Origin: Pseudomonadota bacterium
Lineage (GTDB): Bacteria; Bdellovibrionota_G; JALEGL01; DATDPG01
DNA: 61,008 nucleotides
Assembly: GCA_043809315.1 (NCBI GenBank)
Contig: JAZDDX010000005.1
Span: 1-61,008, forward strand
Direction of reading: 5' to 3'
Shown here: one piece after another, positions 1 through 8,834 of the stretch
Position numbering within the stretch: the stretch's first letter is position 1
Layout: the number at the start of each line of letters is the position of its first letter
Notes under the pieces: model-generated
What the model was told of the DNA's origin: nothing
What the model saw: the letters and a program-made list of their open reading frames with translations, nothing else
Database searches by the model: none
Position numbers and translations under genes: made by a program

Positions 1-31
1 TGAGAATTCCCGTCGATGGTCAGGATTCCGC

Positions 32-51
32 TGTGCGATATTTGTGCGATA
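32..51. repeat. 9-bp direct repeat TGTGCGATA x2 (11-bp period), possible integrase arm-type site
   Basis: TGTGCGATA at 32-40 and 43-51, about 45 bp beyond the 3' end of tRNA-fMet. Confidence 0.45.
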
Positions 52-58
52 AAGCACC

Positions 59-89
59 AAGGGGCTAGCTCTCGCCGAGCTAACCCCTT
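59..89 (-). terminator. hairpin downstream of tRNA-fMet
   Basis: Minus strand AAGGGGTTAGCTC-GGCGA-GAGCTAGCCCCTT: 13-bp stem with one G.U pair, 7 nt after the tRNA CCA; weak U-tract. Confidence 0.6.
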
Positions 90-96
90 GAAATTT

Positions 97-173
<77 letters not shown>

Positions 174-185
174 ACAACGGCGCTC

Positions 186-214
186 CTTATAGAGGGGGTT
201 CCCCTTGGAGTCAA
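186..214 (-). promoter_or_regulatory. sigma70-like promoter for tRNA-fMet
   Basis: Minus strand TTGACT-N17-TATAAG just upstream of the tRNA. Confidence 0.55.
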
Positions 215-242
215 CCTTACAGAACGGTCGGATGCGGGGGGA

Positions 243-2081
243 CTAGATGTCGCCGCAGGTCTCCGTAATTGTGGCGCTTCCTCCGTCCGCCGTTCCCCGG
301 AGCGGGGTCACGGATATTTCGAACCGGTGCCAGTCGAGCGGCTGTTGACCGCGGAAATAGGTGGTCCCTTCGTACCGAATCAAGGTGTCAGGCGTAAGCG
401 TCGCGCACCAGTTGTTCACCTCCACGACCGCTCGATGGTAGCGGGTCATGCAGTAGCGATACCCGGTGGGGACGAAACCGGTCGGCGCATCCCACACGAC
501 CTCGAAGGTGCAACTCATCTTGGTCCCCCCGAGGATCTTCGTGTCGGAGTAGTTCACGATGTGAAGGCCCCGAGGCACGTTCGGCGGCGGCGTTGGCGTG
601 CTGGTAGGCGAGACGGTTGGTGTCGGCGTCGCTATCGGAGTCGCCGTCGGCGGCACGATGGCCGCGGGGGGGGGACAATTGAACTTCAGAGTCGAGGTGG
701 GGGGCCCTTCGATGCCCGCTCGGGTGGCGCTCACCGTGAAGACCCACGGCTCGATCTGCTGCTCGTTGACAAACGTGACTCCGGACGGGGTGATCGACGG
801 TAGCCACACGATCGTCGTGTTCGGTCCGAACGGGCCGTTCCAGCTGACGTTGTATGTGACGATGCCGGTCGGATCGCTCAGCGGCGGATTCCATTTGACG
901 TCGAACATACAAGCGAAGCCCTTGGAAGCCGCGCCGGGGACCAGCGTGCTGATGGCCACCGACCTCAGATTCTCCACATGAAGGTTGCGCGGGGCGGACA
1001 CCGAATACGGGTCGAACTCCGGGGCCCCGCCGATCTTGCTGGCCCAGATGTCTGCGAAGTCCCAGCCGACGAACGTCGCCTGGAGTTCCAGCTGTGCTTC
1101 GCTCTTCGGCTCTCCGCCGGCACTCTTCGGAGGGATCCCATTCCACAGATTGCTGTCGTTGCACCAGTAGGAGCTCAACGCCTGCCCGTACCCGGAGTTG
1201 CCCCCGACCAGGCCGCCGATCTGACCCCCGGGCAACCCCTTGCCCGAAACATGGATCGAAGCCATGGCGTATGATTTCGAAACATTCCCGTTGAGGTTCC
1301 CGACCAGACCGCCGACCGAGTTGCACCCTGTGACCGATCCCTTCGCGTAGGAGTTGGAAACGGACGACGTCTTGTCGACGTAGCCTGCAAGACCGCCCAC
1401 ACCGAGGGTTTTGTAGCTCGTGCAGGTCCCGGTCTTCGTGCTCGTCACCGTGGCGGCGGCCGAGGCGATCGAAACCGTTCCCGCTTTCACGTACCCGACG
1501 AGCCCTCCCACGTAATTCAACCCCACGACCGATCCGCCGGTGACGGACGATCTCGAGATCGTCCCCGACTTGAGGTACCCGACCAAGCCGCCGACGTAAT
1601 TCTTCCCTGCGACGTTGACGTTCTCCAGAACCAGGTTCTGGATCGTTCCGCCGTTCACGTATCCAAAAAGTCCGATGTTCGAGGACGCCGCGCCGTTGAA
1701 ATTGAAATTTGAAATCTTGTGCCCCTGCCCGTCGAACAGCCCCGCGAAAGGAGCCGAAGAGGTGCCGATCGGTGCGCCGGACCAGGTGCTCAGATCGAGA
1801 TCTCGGCCCAGGACGAACTTGCAATACCGGGCATTGGGCCGATCCGGGCTGCTCCGAAGCCGGTCCAGGTCGCTGGCGGTGTTGATCGTGGCTTCGATTC
1901 GGGTCCAAGTGCACTTCGTCCTCGTCAGAGCATCGAGAGGGTTTTCGACCGAGGAATCGGTCGCGATGGCGGCCGAATCGGTTCCCTCCCCGAGCGAGCC
2001 AAGGTCCACTTTCCCGCACGACGCGCAGAAACCGGCGATCGCCAGGAAGAGAATCGATGGGAAGATCTCGTTTCGTTTCAT
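243..2081 (-). CDS. surface lipoprotein with GLUG-type repeats, Pro/Thr linker and two FN3-like modules
   Basis: Lipobox-like N-terminus (AGFCASCG); repeated (N/Y)VGGLVG motifs and FxGxFDGQGHKISN; two P-R-x-L-H...C-x-F-x-V-x-W-x-x-P modules; ATG at 2081 preferred to GTG at 2090. Confidence 0.75.
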   Translation of the reverse strand: MKRNEIFPSILFLAIAGFCASCGKVDLGSLGEGTDSAAIATDSSVENPLDALTRTKCTWTRIEATINTASDLDRLRSSPDRPNARYCKFVLGRDLDLSTWSGAPIGTSSAPFAGLFDGQGHKISNFNFNGAASSNIGLFGYVNGGTIQNLVLENVNVAGKNYVGGLVGYLKSGTISRSSVTGGSVVGLNYVGGLVGYVKAGTVSIASAAATVTSTKTGTCTSYKTLGVGGLAGYVDKTSSVSNSYAKGSVTGCNSVGGLVGNLNGNVSKSYAMASIHVSGKGLPGGQIGGLVGGNSGYGQALSSYWCNDSNLWNGIPPKSAGGEPKSEAQLELQATFVGWDFADIWASKIGGAPEFDPYSVSAPRNLHVENLRSVAISTLVPGAASKGFACMFDVKWNPPLSDPTGIVTYNVSWNGPFGPNTTIVWLPSITPSGVTFVNEQQIEPWVFTVSATRAGIEGPPTSTLKFNCPPPAAIVPPTATPIATPTPTVSPTSTPTPPPNVPRGLHIVNYSDTKILGGTKMSCTFEVVWDAPTGFVPTGYRYCMTRYHRAVVEVNNWCATLTPDTLIRYEGTTYFRGQQPLDWHRFEISVTPLRGTADGGSATITETCGDI

Positions 2082-2109
2082 GAGGCGCACCCCGCTACCC
2101 GAACAGACC

Positions 2110-2124
2110 GCAGAAAATGTGCCG
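2110..2124 (-). promoter_or_regulatory. sigma54 -24/-12 promoter
   Basis: Minus strand CGGCACATTTTCTGC (GG-N10-GC) about 30 bp upstream of the start codon. Confidence 0.65.
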
Positions 2125-2220
2125 ATTTTTTACGGAATTAAACTTTAATATAACAGATAGGTGCGTGTATATCAAACGTCAATCCAAAGAAATGGGAACT
2201 AGGGTTACCGCTACGGATGA

Positions 2221-2874
2221 TTAGTCAATGTCTTTGCAGGGATTGATTTCGTCGCTTCTGCTGCCGCCGCCCCCGATTGAACCTCTCGGGCAGATGTCGA
2301 TCGGCGGGGTATAGACCTGGCAAGTCATTGCGGCGTTGATGAGCCCGCACTGAATCGTTACGGAAGCGAATGCTCCAATCTGTTCTCCGCGGAGTGAGGT
2401 TACGGTTGACCTCATCGTCTTTGTGCTGCCGGATCCAACGCTCAGCGAGTCGACGAACGGCGAGGTGGCCGGGAGAACGTCCCCCTTCTTGGCGCTCGAA
2501 TACTTGTACCGGATGCCGGCGCCGGTCGGATCGCTCAGCGGAGCGCTCCAAACGAGGCTATACGAGCAATCCCAAAGGCTGGTGAATTCGTTCCAGGTGC
2601 AGATCGGCTTCACCTTGATGTTGGGGTTCAAGGTGAAATTCGTCGGCGCGCTCGGCGCGGGGAGCGTCGGCGTCGCGGTCGGCGTCGCGGTCGACTCCGG
2701 GGTCGACTCCGGGGTCGGCGTCGCAGTCGGCGTCGCGGTCGACTCCGGGGTCGGCGTCGCGGTCGGATCGAAGTTGATGTTCAAGCTCTTCCCCTTGTTT
2801 TCGCCTTCCCCACCACACGCAAAAAAGGCGAGGGCCAAGATCAGAGCCGCCGGGAGACACAGTTTGCCAGTCAT
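2221..2874 (-). CDS. lipoprotein with Pro/Thr repeat stalk and one FN3-like module
   Basis: Lipobox AFFACG; TATPTPES repeats; WSAPLSDPTG motif shared with the neighbouring GLUG protein. Confidence 0.75.
   Translation of the reverse strand: MTGKLCLPAALILALAFFACGGEGENKGKSLNINFDPTATPTPESTATPTATPTPESTPESTATPTATPTLPAPSAPTNFTLNPNIKVKPICTWNEFTSLWDCSYSLVWSAPLSDPTGAGIRYKYSSAKKGDVLPATSPFVDSLSVGSGSTKTMRSTVTSLRGEQIGAFASVTIQCGLINAAMTCQVYTPPIDICPRGSIGGGGSRSDEINPCKDID
2666..2766. repeat. intragenic 12-bp-unit tandem repeat encoding TATP/TPES
   Basis: Alternating units GTCGGCGTCGCG and GTCGACTCCGGG. Confidence 0.85.
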
Positions 2875-2887
2875 GTCCTCTGGTGGA

Positions 2888-2902
2888 GCAACTTTTGTGC
2901 CA
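2888..2902 (-). promoter_or_regulatory. sigma54 -24/-12 promoter
   Basis: Minus strand TGGCACAAAAGTTGC, consensus match, 13 bp upstream of ATG. Confidence 0.8.
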
Positions 2903-2985
2903 TGCGGTAGATTAAATAATAACAGCTACTTACCGAGATCTTGCGTCCCGAACAGCCTGTTTATTGCTCAAAAGGGGTGCAAAAA

Positions 2986-3525
2986 TTACCAGAACCGGCG
3001 GTGGTACCGCCCCCGGACGTGCCATCGGCGGTCTTGCCACCCGAGACGGTAGAACCGGGGAGTCCAGGAGTTCCAGTAATAACGTCCGGTCGCCTGATAC
3101 TCGAGCGAACCGTACCTCCCCCCAAACCCGATCTCGAACAGGATCGCCGGACGGCCGGTCAAGCGATCTACATATGAATAGTCTCCGTACCGCTGACGCA
3201 CACAGGCGGAAGCCGGACGGATTCGGTAGCCATCACGAAGAAATCGATCGGCGAACGCCGTCGTGACCAGCATCCCGTCGACCGTAACGCAGTACACATC
3301 GGCCTGCGCTTCGGTCGCCATCTCCCGGATCACCGCTTCGGCCATTGCCGCGCGGTCGTACAGATCCTGATTCACGACCGCCGCCGGGTACGACCGGTAG
3401 GGCACTGGAGCGGTATAGACCGTCGAGTAATACCCAGCGTAGGGGCCGCGGTTGAGATGATCATTGCCGCAGGCGAGACAGAGGAGAGTGAGTATTGCGA
3501 GACCGGAAAGGCGCCGGAAGTTCAT
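2986..3525 (-). CDS. hypothetical lipoprotein
   Basis: RBS AAAGGAG then ATG at 3525; MNFRRLSGLAILTLLCLACG lipobox; Tyr-rich. Confidence 0.7.
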   Translation of the reverse strand: MNFRRLSGLAILTLLCLACGNDHLNRGPYAGYYSTVYTAPVPYRSYPAAVVNQDLYDRAAMAEAVIREMATEAQADVYCVTVDGMLVTTAFADRFLRDGYRIRPASACVRQRYGDYSYVDRLTGRPAILFEIGFGGRYGSLEYQATGRYYWNSWTPRFYRLGWQDRRWHVRGRYHRRFW

Positions 3526-3592
3526 TACAACTCCTTTTCTTACCCACCGTTCTATACCCCTCCTCCCCGTTTTCAAGTATTGATGACGGAGG

Positions 3593-5191
3593 ATGTCAAT
3601 CGGGCGGAAAGCGGGGTCGGTCTCCGTCGCGACCATGGTGAGCCGGGTTTTCGGCCTGATCCGCGACCAGATCTTCGCCGCCCTGATCGGCGCGGGGTTC
3701 TACTCCGACGCCTTCGTCATCGCCTTCCGGATCCCGAACCTCTTGCGCGACCTCTTCGCGGAGGGGGCCCTCTCCTCCGCCTTCGTTCCGACCTTCACCG
3801 AGTACGAGATGAAGCGCTCGCGCGGCGAGGCATGGGCCCTTGCAAACCTCGTGTTGGGGGCGCTTCTCGCCCTGATCGGCGCCGTGACGATCCTCGGGAT
3901 CATCTTCGCCCCGCAGCTGGTCGCCTTCATCGCCCCCGGCTTCGACGCGATCCCCGGGAAGGCGGAGCTGACGATCCTGTTGACGCGGATCATGTGGCCG
4001 TTCCTCCTGATCATCGCCGCCTCTGCTCTCTTCATGGGGATCTTGAACGTCCACGACGAGTTCACGATCCCGGCGTTCGCGCCGGTCCTCTTCAACCTGG
4101 TCGCGATCGCCTTCGGCCTGTCCCTCTGGCTCTTCGGCTTCGGAGGAAAGGGGGCGGTGATCGGCTGGTCGATCGGGACGATGTGCGGAGGGTTGGCGCA
4201 AGGGGGGATCCAGCTCCCCAGACTCCTCCGCGGCGGGTGGAAGATCCGCCCGACCCTTCGTGGCTGGACGCAGAGCCCGGGCTTGAAACAGATCGGGATC
4301 CTGATGCTCCCCGCGATCATCGCGAACTCCGGAACCCAGGTGAACGTTCTGGTCAACTCGATCCTCGCCTCGATGCTCCAGCAGGGAAGCCCGTCGTGGC
4401 TCAACTACGCCTTCCGCTTGATTCAACTTCCGATCGGCGTGTTCGGGGTCGCGATCGCCGTCGTGACCCTCTCGACCGTTTCCAAAGACGCAGCGGCCGA
4501 CGCGACCGACTCGTTCCGGGAGAACCTCACCACCTCTTTGAACCTCGTCTTTCTTCTCACGATCCCGTGCGCCGTGGGCTTATGGCTCCTGGGGGAGCCG
4601 ATCGTCCGGCTCATCTACGAGCGCGGGGCGTTCCATTCCTCCGACACCGCCGCGACGGCCGCTGCCGTGGCCTGTTACGCGCTCGGTCTGCCGGCGTACG
4701 CCGCGGTGAAAGTGAAAGCGCCGGTCTTCTTCGCGCTCCGGAGTTCGAAGGTCCCGATGATGGCGAGCCTCCTGGGCGTCGTCGTGAACTTCGCTTTCAA
4801 TCTCTGGGCGTACAAACGGATGGGGCACGCCGGCCTCGCACTCGGGACGTCCCTCGCCGTGACGGCGAACCTTGCCGTGCTCCTCTTCTGGTTCCAGTAC
4901 AAACAGATGGGGCTCCCGCTCAAGAGGATGGGCGGGCTTCTGCTCAAGGTGATCCTATCGTCTGGTTTGATGGGGGTCGTTGCATATACGGGGTATCACG
5001 CTCTTCATGGAACAATGGCAGGACTCCCGGGGAAGCTCGTGGAGACCCTCCTTCCGATCGCGGCGGCGATCGCGGTCTATTTCGGCGTGCTCTGCTGGAT
5101 GAAGGTTCCGGAGGCGGCGACGGCGATCCGCGCCGTCCGGCGGATCTACGAGCGGTTCTCCGTCACGAACCGCAAATCGGAAAATCGCTGA
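3593..5191 (+). CDS. murJ: lipid II flippase MurJ (MviN)
   Basis: SRVFGLIRD, AFRIPNLLRDLFAEGALSSAFVPTF, RLIQLPIGVFG; many TM segments. Confidence 0.96.
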   Translation: MSIGRKAGSVSVATMVSRVFGLIRDQIFAALIGAGFYSDAFVIAFRIPNLLRDLFAEGALSSAFVPTFTEYEMKRSRGEAWALANLVLGALLALIGAVTILGIIFAPQLVAFIAPGFDAIPGKAELTILLTRIMWPFLLIIAASALFMGILNVHDEFTIPAFAPVLFNLVAIAFGLSLWLFGFGGKGAVIGWSIGTMCGGLAQGGIQLPRLLRGGWKIRPTLRGWTQSPGLKQIGILMLPAIIANSGTQVNVLVNSILASMLQQGSPSWLNYAFRLIQLPIGVFGVAIAVVTLSTVSKDAAADATDSFRENLTTSLNLVFLLTIPCAVGLWLLGEPIVRLIYERGAFHSSDTAATAAAVACYALGLPAYAAVKVKAPVFFALRSSKVPMMASLLGVVVNFAFNLWAYKRMGHAGLALGTSLAVTANLAVLLFWFQYKQMGLPLKRMGGLLLKVILSSGLMGVVAYTGYHALHGTMAGLPGKLVETLLPIAAAIAVYFGVLCWMKVPEAATAIRAVRRIYERFSVTNRKSENR

Positions 5192-5463
5192 CCGGTCTTC
5201 TCTTCAATTGCGGACAAGACCTCGTTCTTCATCATCGAAAGGTTCTGGGCCCAGGCGGGGCTCTCGGTCGAGACGGTGAGCGTCGTGCTGCGGATCGATT
5301 TCGGACTGGTCTTTTTCGCCAGCGACTCGCCGACGATTCCGGGCCAGTTTTTCCGGAGATGGTAGACGGCCATCAGCGTCTCCCCCCGCTTTCCGAAGAT
5401 CCCGCGGGCAAAGACATCCCCGATCGGGATCAACGATTTCAATGCTGCGCGACGTCGGGCCAT
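5146..5463 (-). CDS. DUF721/DciA-family protein
   Basis: WPGIVGESLAKKTSP...LTVSTESPAWAQNLSMMKNEVL pattern; ATG at 5463. Confidence 0.8.
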   Translation of the reverse strand: MARRRAALKSLIPIGDVFARGIFGKRGETLMAVYHLRKNWPGIVGESLAKKTSPKSIRSTTLTVSTESPAWAQNLSMMKNEVLSAIEEKTGQRFSDLRFVTENRS

Positions 5464-5498
5464 CGGGAAACTCCGTTGGTAGCAGATTCGACCTTGCC

Positions 5499-5528
5499 TT
5501 GACAAGGCGGGGGGCCGGCCCCTATCAT
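5499..5528 (+). promoter_or_regulatory. sigma70-like promoter
   Basis: TTGACA-N18-TATCAT upstream of the diguanylate cyclase. Confidence 0.5.
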
Positions 5529-5549
5529 CGTTATTAAGTAGTTAAAATC

Positions 5550-6614
5550 ATGGCAGATTGTTTTTTCTGCGGCCAGCCGATCGATAAGACCGAACTCTCC
5601 CGTCATTACCTCGAGGACCGGGGGTTGTTGGCTTCGATCAAGGTTTCTCATCCGACCTGGGATCCGAAACTGGGGGCCTGTTCGCGCTGTCTCGAAACCC
5701 TGCAACGCGATCATGCGAGCCAGAGTTACAAAGGTTTCCACGTCGAGGAACCGACCGTCGTCAATCGATCCAGCAACCTCCTCAAAGACGCGGAGGAACA
5801 TACCGGCGCCTGCCTGATCACGATTCACGGGCCGCAGATCGGGAAAAAATTCGATCTGACGGGAAACGAAACGATCATCGGGCGCGGGGAAACCTGTGCC
5901 GTCCGTGTGAACGAGGAGAACGTCTCCCGGCAACACGCGCAGGTGATCCGGAGAGACCAGGAGATCCTGATCGAGGATCTGAACTCGACGAACGGGACGT
6001 ACGTCAACACGCGGAAGATCACGAGCCACATCCTGCAGAACGGCGACCTGATCCTGATCGGGAACACGATCTTCAAGTTCATCAGCGGTTCGAACGTGGA
6101 GCACGAATACCACGAGGAGATCTACCGTCTCGCGACGCTCGACGGCCTGACCCAGGTCTACAACAAGGCGTTCTTCATGGACAAGCTGGCGGAAGAGTTC
6201 AGCCGGTCCCGGAGATATGCGCGCGATCTCTCGATGATCATGTTCGACTTCGACCATTTCCGGGATCTCAACAACACGCAGGGACACCTCGCCGGCGACC
6301 ACGCCCTGAAAAAAACGGCGCTCGTCATCCTGAAGAGCCTCCGGAAAGAGGATGTCTTCGGACGGTACGGCGGAGAGGAGTTCGTGATCCTCCTCCCCGA
6401 AATCCGGCTCCAGAACGCCCTGTTCCTCGCCGAGAAGATCCGCAAGATCGTGGAGGAGACGAAGTTTGAACACAACGAGGTGCAGTTCAAGGTGACGATC
6501 TCGTTGGGCGTCGCCACCGTCACGAAGGATATCCGGACGATCAAGCAGTTCCTCGAGAAGGTCGACAAAGCGCTCTACAAAGCAAAAGCCGAAGGGCGCA
6601 ACTGCGTCCGTTAA
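5550..6614 (+). CDS. FHA-GGDEF diguanylate cyclase with N-terminal Cys/His putative Zn-binding segment
   Basis: FHA motifs IIGR, VSRQHA, DLNSTNGTYVN; DGLT, RKED I-site, RYGGEEF; N-terminal CFFC...H...CSRC. Confidence 0.92.
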   Translation: MADCFFCGQPIDKTELSRHYLEDRGLLASIKVSHPTWDPKLGACSRCLETLQRDHASQSYKGFHVEEPTVVNRSSNLLKDAEEHTGACLITIHGPQIGKKFDLTGNETIIGRGETCAVRVNEENVSRQHAQVIRRDQEILIEDLNSTNGTYVNTRKITSHILQNGDLILIGNTIFKFISGSNVEHEYHEEIYRLATLDGLTQVYNKAFFMDKLAEEFSRSRRYARDLSMIMFDFDHFRDLNNTQGHLAGDHALKKTALVILKSLRKEDVFGRYGGEEFVILLPEIRLQNALFLAEKIRKIVEETKFEHNEVQFKVTISLGVATVTKDIRTIKQFLEKVDKALYKAKAEGRNCVR

Positions 6615-6632
6615 TCGGGGGACACAATACGT
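6613..6632. repeat. dispersed REP-like repeat copy
   Basis: AATCGGGGGACACAATACGT, identical to 29099-29118. Confidence 0.8.
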
Positions 6633-6703
6633 TTTTCGGTCGTTCTGAGGCTGGATTTCGGACTCTGCCCTGGCACCCTTAGCGGTCTCCAGCTCAAATC
6701 CCG

Positions 6704-6718
6704 TGGCACGGTTTCTGC
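6704..6718 (+). promoter_or_regulatory. sigma54 -24/-12 promoter
   Basis: TGGCACGGTTTCTGC followed by RBS AAAGGAG and GTG at 6744. Confidence 0.75.
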
Positions 6719-6743
6719 TTCCCTTGGTTTCAAAGGAGCAACT

Positions 6744-7124
6744 GTGATAGACGACCTCACGAGCATGAATGACCCCGCCCTCGATCTTCTGCCGGTCACC
6801 CGTCGAGACTTTCGCGAGTTTTCCGGCATGGTCGACCAAAGGTTCGAAGCCATCGATCAAAGGTTCGAAGCCATCGACCAAAGGTTCGAAGCCATCGACC
6901 AAAGGTTCGAGGCCGTCGACCGAAGGTTCGATCAGCTCGATCAGAAAATTGACGATACTAAAAACTTTTTGGGCGTTCTTATCGAAGATCTCCGAACCAA
7001 ACTCGAGCTGACGCTTGAAATCCTCTCCCCTTTTGCCGACAAGGTGACGAACCACGAGGAACGGATCACCGCCGCCGAAGAAGAGATCTCGATTCTGAAA
7101 AACGTCGTCCGGGTGCGCCCGTAA
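6744..7124 (+). CDS. coiled-coil heptad-repeat protein (DQRFEAI repeats)
   Basis: Five heptads; strong RBS; 9 bp upstream of mutL. Confidence 0.8.
   Translation: MIDDLTSMNDPALDLLPVTRRDFREFSGMVDQRFEAIDQRFEAIDQRFEAIDQRFEAVDRRFDQLDQKIDDTKNFLGVLIEDLRTKLELTLEILSPFADKVTNHEERITAAEEEISILKNVVRVRP
6831..6935. repeat. intragenic 21-bp tandem repeat x5
   Basis: Unit (A/G)TCGA(C/T)CAAAGGTTCGAAGCC with minor variants. Confidence 0.9.
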
Positions 7125-7133
7125 TCCGGACCG

Positions 7134-8834
7134 ATGCCGATCCGTAAGCTCTCGGAATCTCTCGTCCTGAAGATCGCCGCGGGCGAGGTGGTGGAACGCC
7201 CGGCTTCGGTCGTCAAAGAGCTGCTCGAGAACTCGATCGATGCGGGGGCGACACGGATCGAGATCCGGATTGCCGGAGGGGGACTCGAACGGATCACGAT
7301 CACCGACGACGGGTGCGGCATCCCCGAAAATGAAATCCGATTGGCTCTCGAACGGCACGCCACCTCGAAGATCGCAACCGAACAGGACCTTTTTCGGATC
7401 GGGACGCTCGGCTTCCGAGGGGAAGCGCTCCCGAGCATCGCCGCCGTTTCCCATTTCGAGATCGTGACCCGACCGCGCGAGTCGGCAAGCGCCTACTGCC
7501 TGCGCGCGGAGGGGGGGGAAGTCCGGGTCGAGGAGCCGGCTGGCGGAGCCCCGGGGACGACGATCACCGTGTCGAACCTCTTTTATAATGTCCCGGCCCG
7601 GAAGAAGTTTCTCAGGACCTCGGGAACCGAGTTCGGCCAGATCGAGAAGACGGTGCGTAGGATCGCCCTCGCCCGCCCCGATCTCGAGCTGAGCCTCGAT
7701 CACAACGGCGAAACGATCCTCCGGACACCTAGAGCCCAGAACCTGACGGACCGGATCTCCGCTCTCTACAACAAAGAGGTCTCCTCTCAGATCCACCCGA
7801 TCGGCAGGGAGGAAGGTTCCCTTCGCGTTTCGGGGATCGTCTCGAATCCCCGGGTCACGTTCGGGCGCGCACAGGAATTCTGGTTCTTCGTGAACGGGCG
7901 ACCAATCCAAGACCGGATGCTTCAAAGCGCGGTGATGGAAGGGTATCGGACGCTCCTGATGGAGCATCGCTGGCCTCTGGCCGTGATCTCTCTTGCGATT
8001 CCTCCCGAATTAGTCGACGTCAACGTCCACCCGGCAAAGTCAGAGGTCCGCTTCGCCGACGGACAGGCGATTTTTCGGTTGGTATCAAGGGCGATTGCAG
8101 AAGCACTCGCCCCACAAACTCGTTTCACCCCCCGCGAGACATCTCCCGCATTCCCGTCCCAACACGCGCAATTCGGGTATGCGCAATCTGCAGCCCCCGT
8201 GGTGGCTCGTGATGAATCTACCTTATATGTCTCGGATTCGAAGGTGGGAGGAGGGTTTGAAGGACTTCGGTATCTCGGAAGTTTGGATAAAACCTACCTG
8301 CTCCTGACCGATGACGAAACACTCTTTGTCATCGACCAGCATGCGGCGCATGAGAGGGTGAGGTTTGAAGAGCTTCGGAAGGCGTTCGCTTCGAAGAAAG
8401 CGCCGTCGCAGAAACTTCTCCTTCCGATCACGATCGAACTCACGGCCGAGAGGGAGAGCGCGCTCGACGGAATCACTCCGTTCTTAACGGCGATCGGGTT
8501 CGAGCTCGAGGAGTTCGGGCCCAGGAGCCATTTGATCCGGAGCGTGCCGGCCTCCCTCGGGGCGACCGATCCGGCCACCCTTCTGACCGATCTGTGCGAC
8601 GACCTCCTCGCGGAAGGGGGAGTGAAGTCGTGGAGCGATCGTACCGATGAGCTGTTGAGCCGCCTCGCCTGTCACAGCGCGGTTCGGGCACACGATGACC
8701 TTGCGCCGGGTGAAATCGATCGCCTCCTGCGGGACATGGGGCGGGTCGACCTCTCCGCTCACTGCCCGCACGGCCGTCCGACGTTCGTGACGTTCGCTGC
8801 CACCGACTTCGAGCGGTTCTTCAAGAGAACATGA
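7134..8834 (+). CDS. mutL: DNA mismatch repair endonuclease MutL
   Basis: KIAAGEVVERPASVVKELLENSIDAGA, GFRGEAL, DQHAAHER, ACH, CPHGRP. Confidence 0.98.
   Translation: MPIRKLSESLVLKIAAGEVVERPASVVKELLENSIDAGATRIEIRIAGGGLERITITDDGCGIPENEIRLALERHATSKIATEQDLFRIGTLGFRGEALPSIAAVSHFEIVTRPRESASAYCLRAEGGEVRVEEPAGGAPGTTITVSNLFYNVPARKKFLRTSGTEFGQIEKTVRRIALARPDLELSLDHNGETILRTPRAQNLTDRISALYNKEVSSQIHPIGREEGSLRVSGIVSNPRVTFGRAQEFWFFVNGRPIQDRMLQSAVMEGYRTLLMEHRWPLAVISLAIPPELVDVNVHPAKSEVRFADGQAIFRLVSRAIAEALAPQTRFTPRETSPAFPSQHAQFGYAQSAAPVVARDESTLYVSDSKVGGGFEGLRYLGSLDKTYLLLTDDETLFVIDQHAAHERVRFEELRKAFASKKAPSQKLLLPITIELTAERESALDGITPFLTAIGFELEEFGPRSHLIRSVPASLGATDPATLLTDLCDDLLAEGGVKSWSDRTDELLSRLACHSAVRAHDDLAPGEIDRLLRDMGRVDLSAHCPHGRPTFVTFAATDFERFFKRT

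Noticed and set aside
6831-6935. Tandem repeats as a CRISPR array (also 2666-2766)
   Set aside because: No unique spacers, in-frame coding repeats, no cas genes
5439-7967. Long antisense or alternative-frame ORFs (e.g. 5439-7967, 3457-5502, 388-2019, 34676-36019, 59346-60704)
   Set aside because: Shadow ORFs of high-GC genes: Arg/Pro-rich, no motifs, fully overlapping well-supported CDSs
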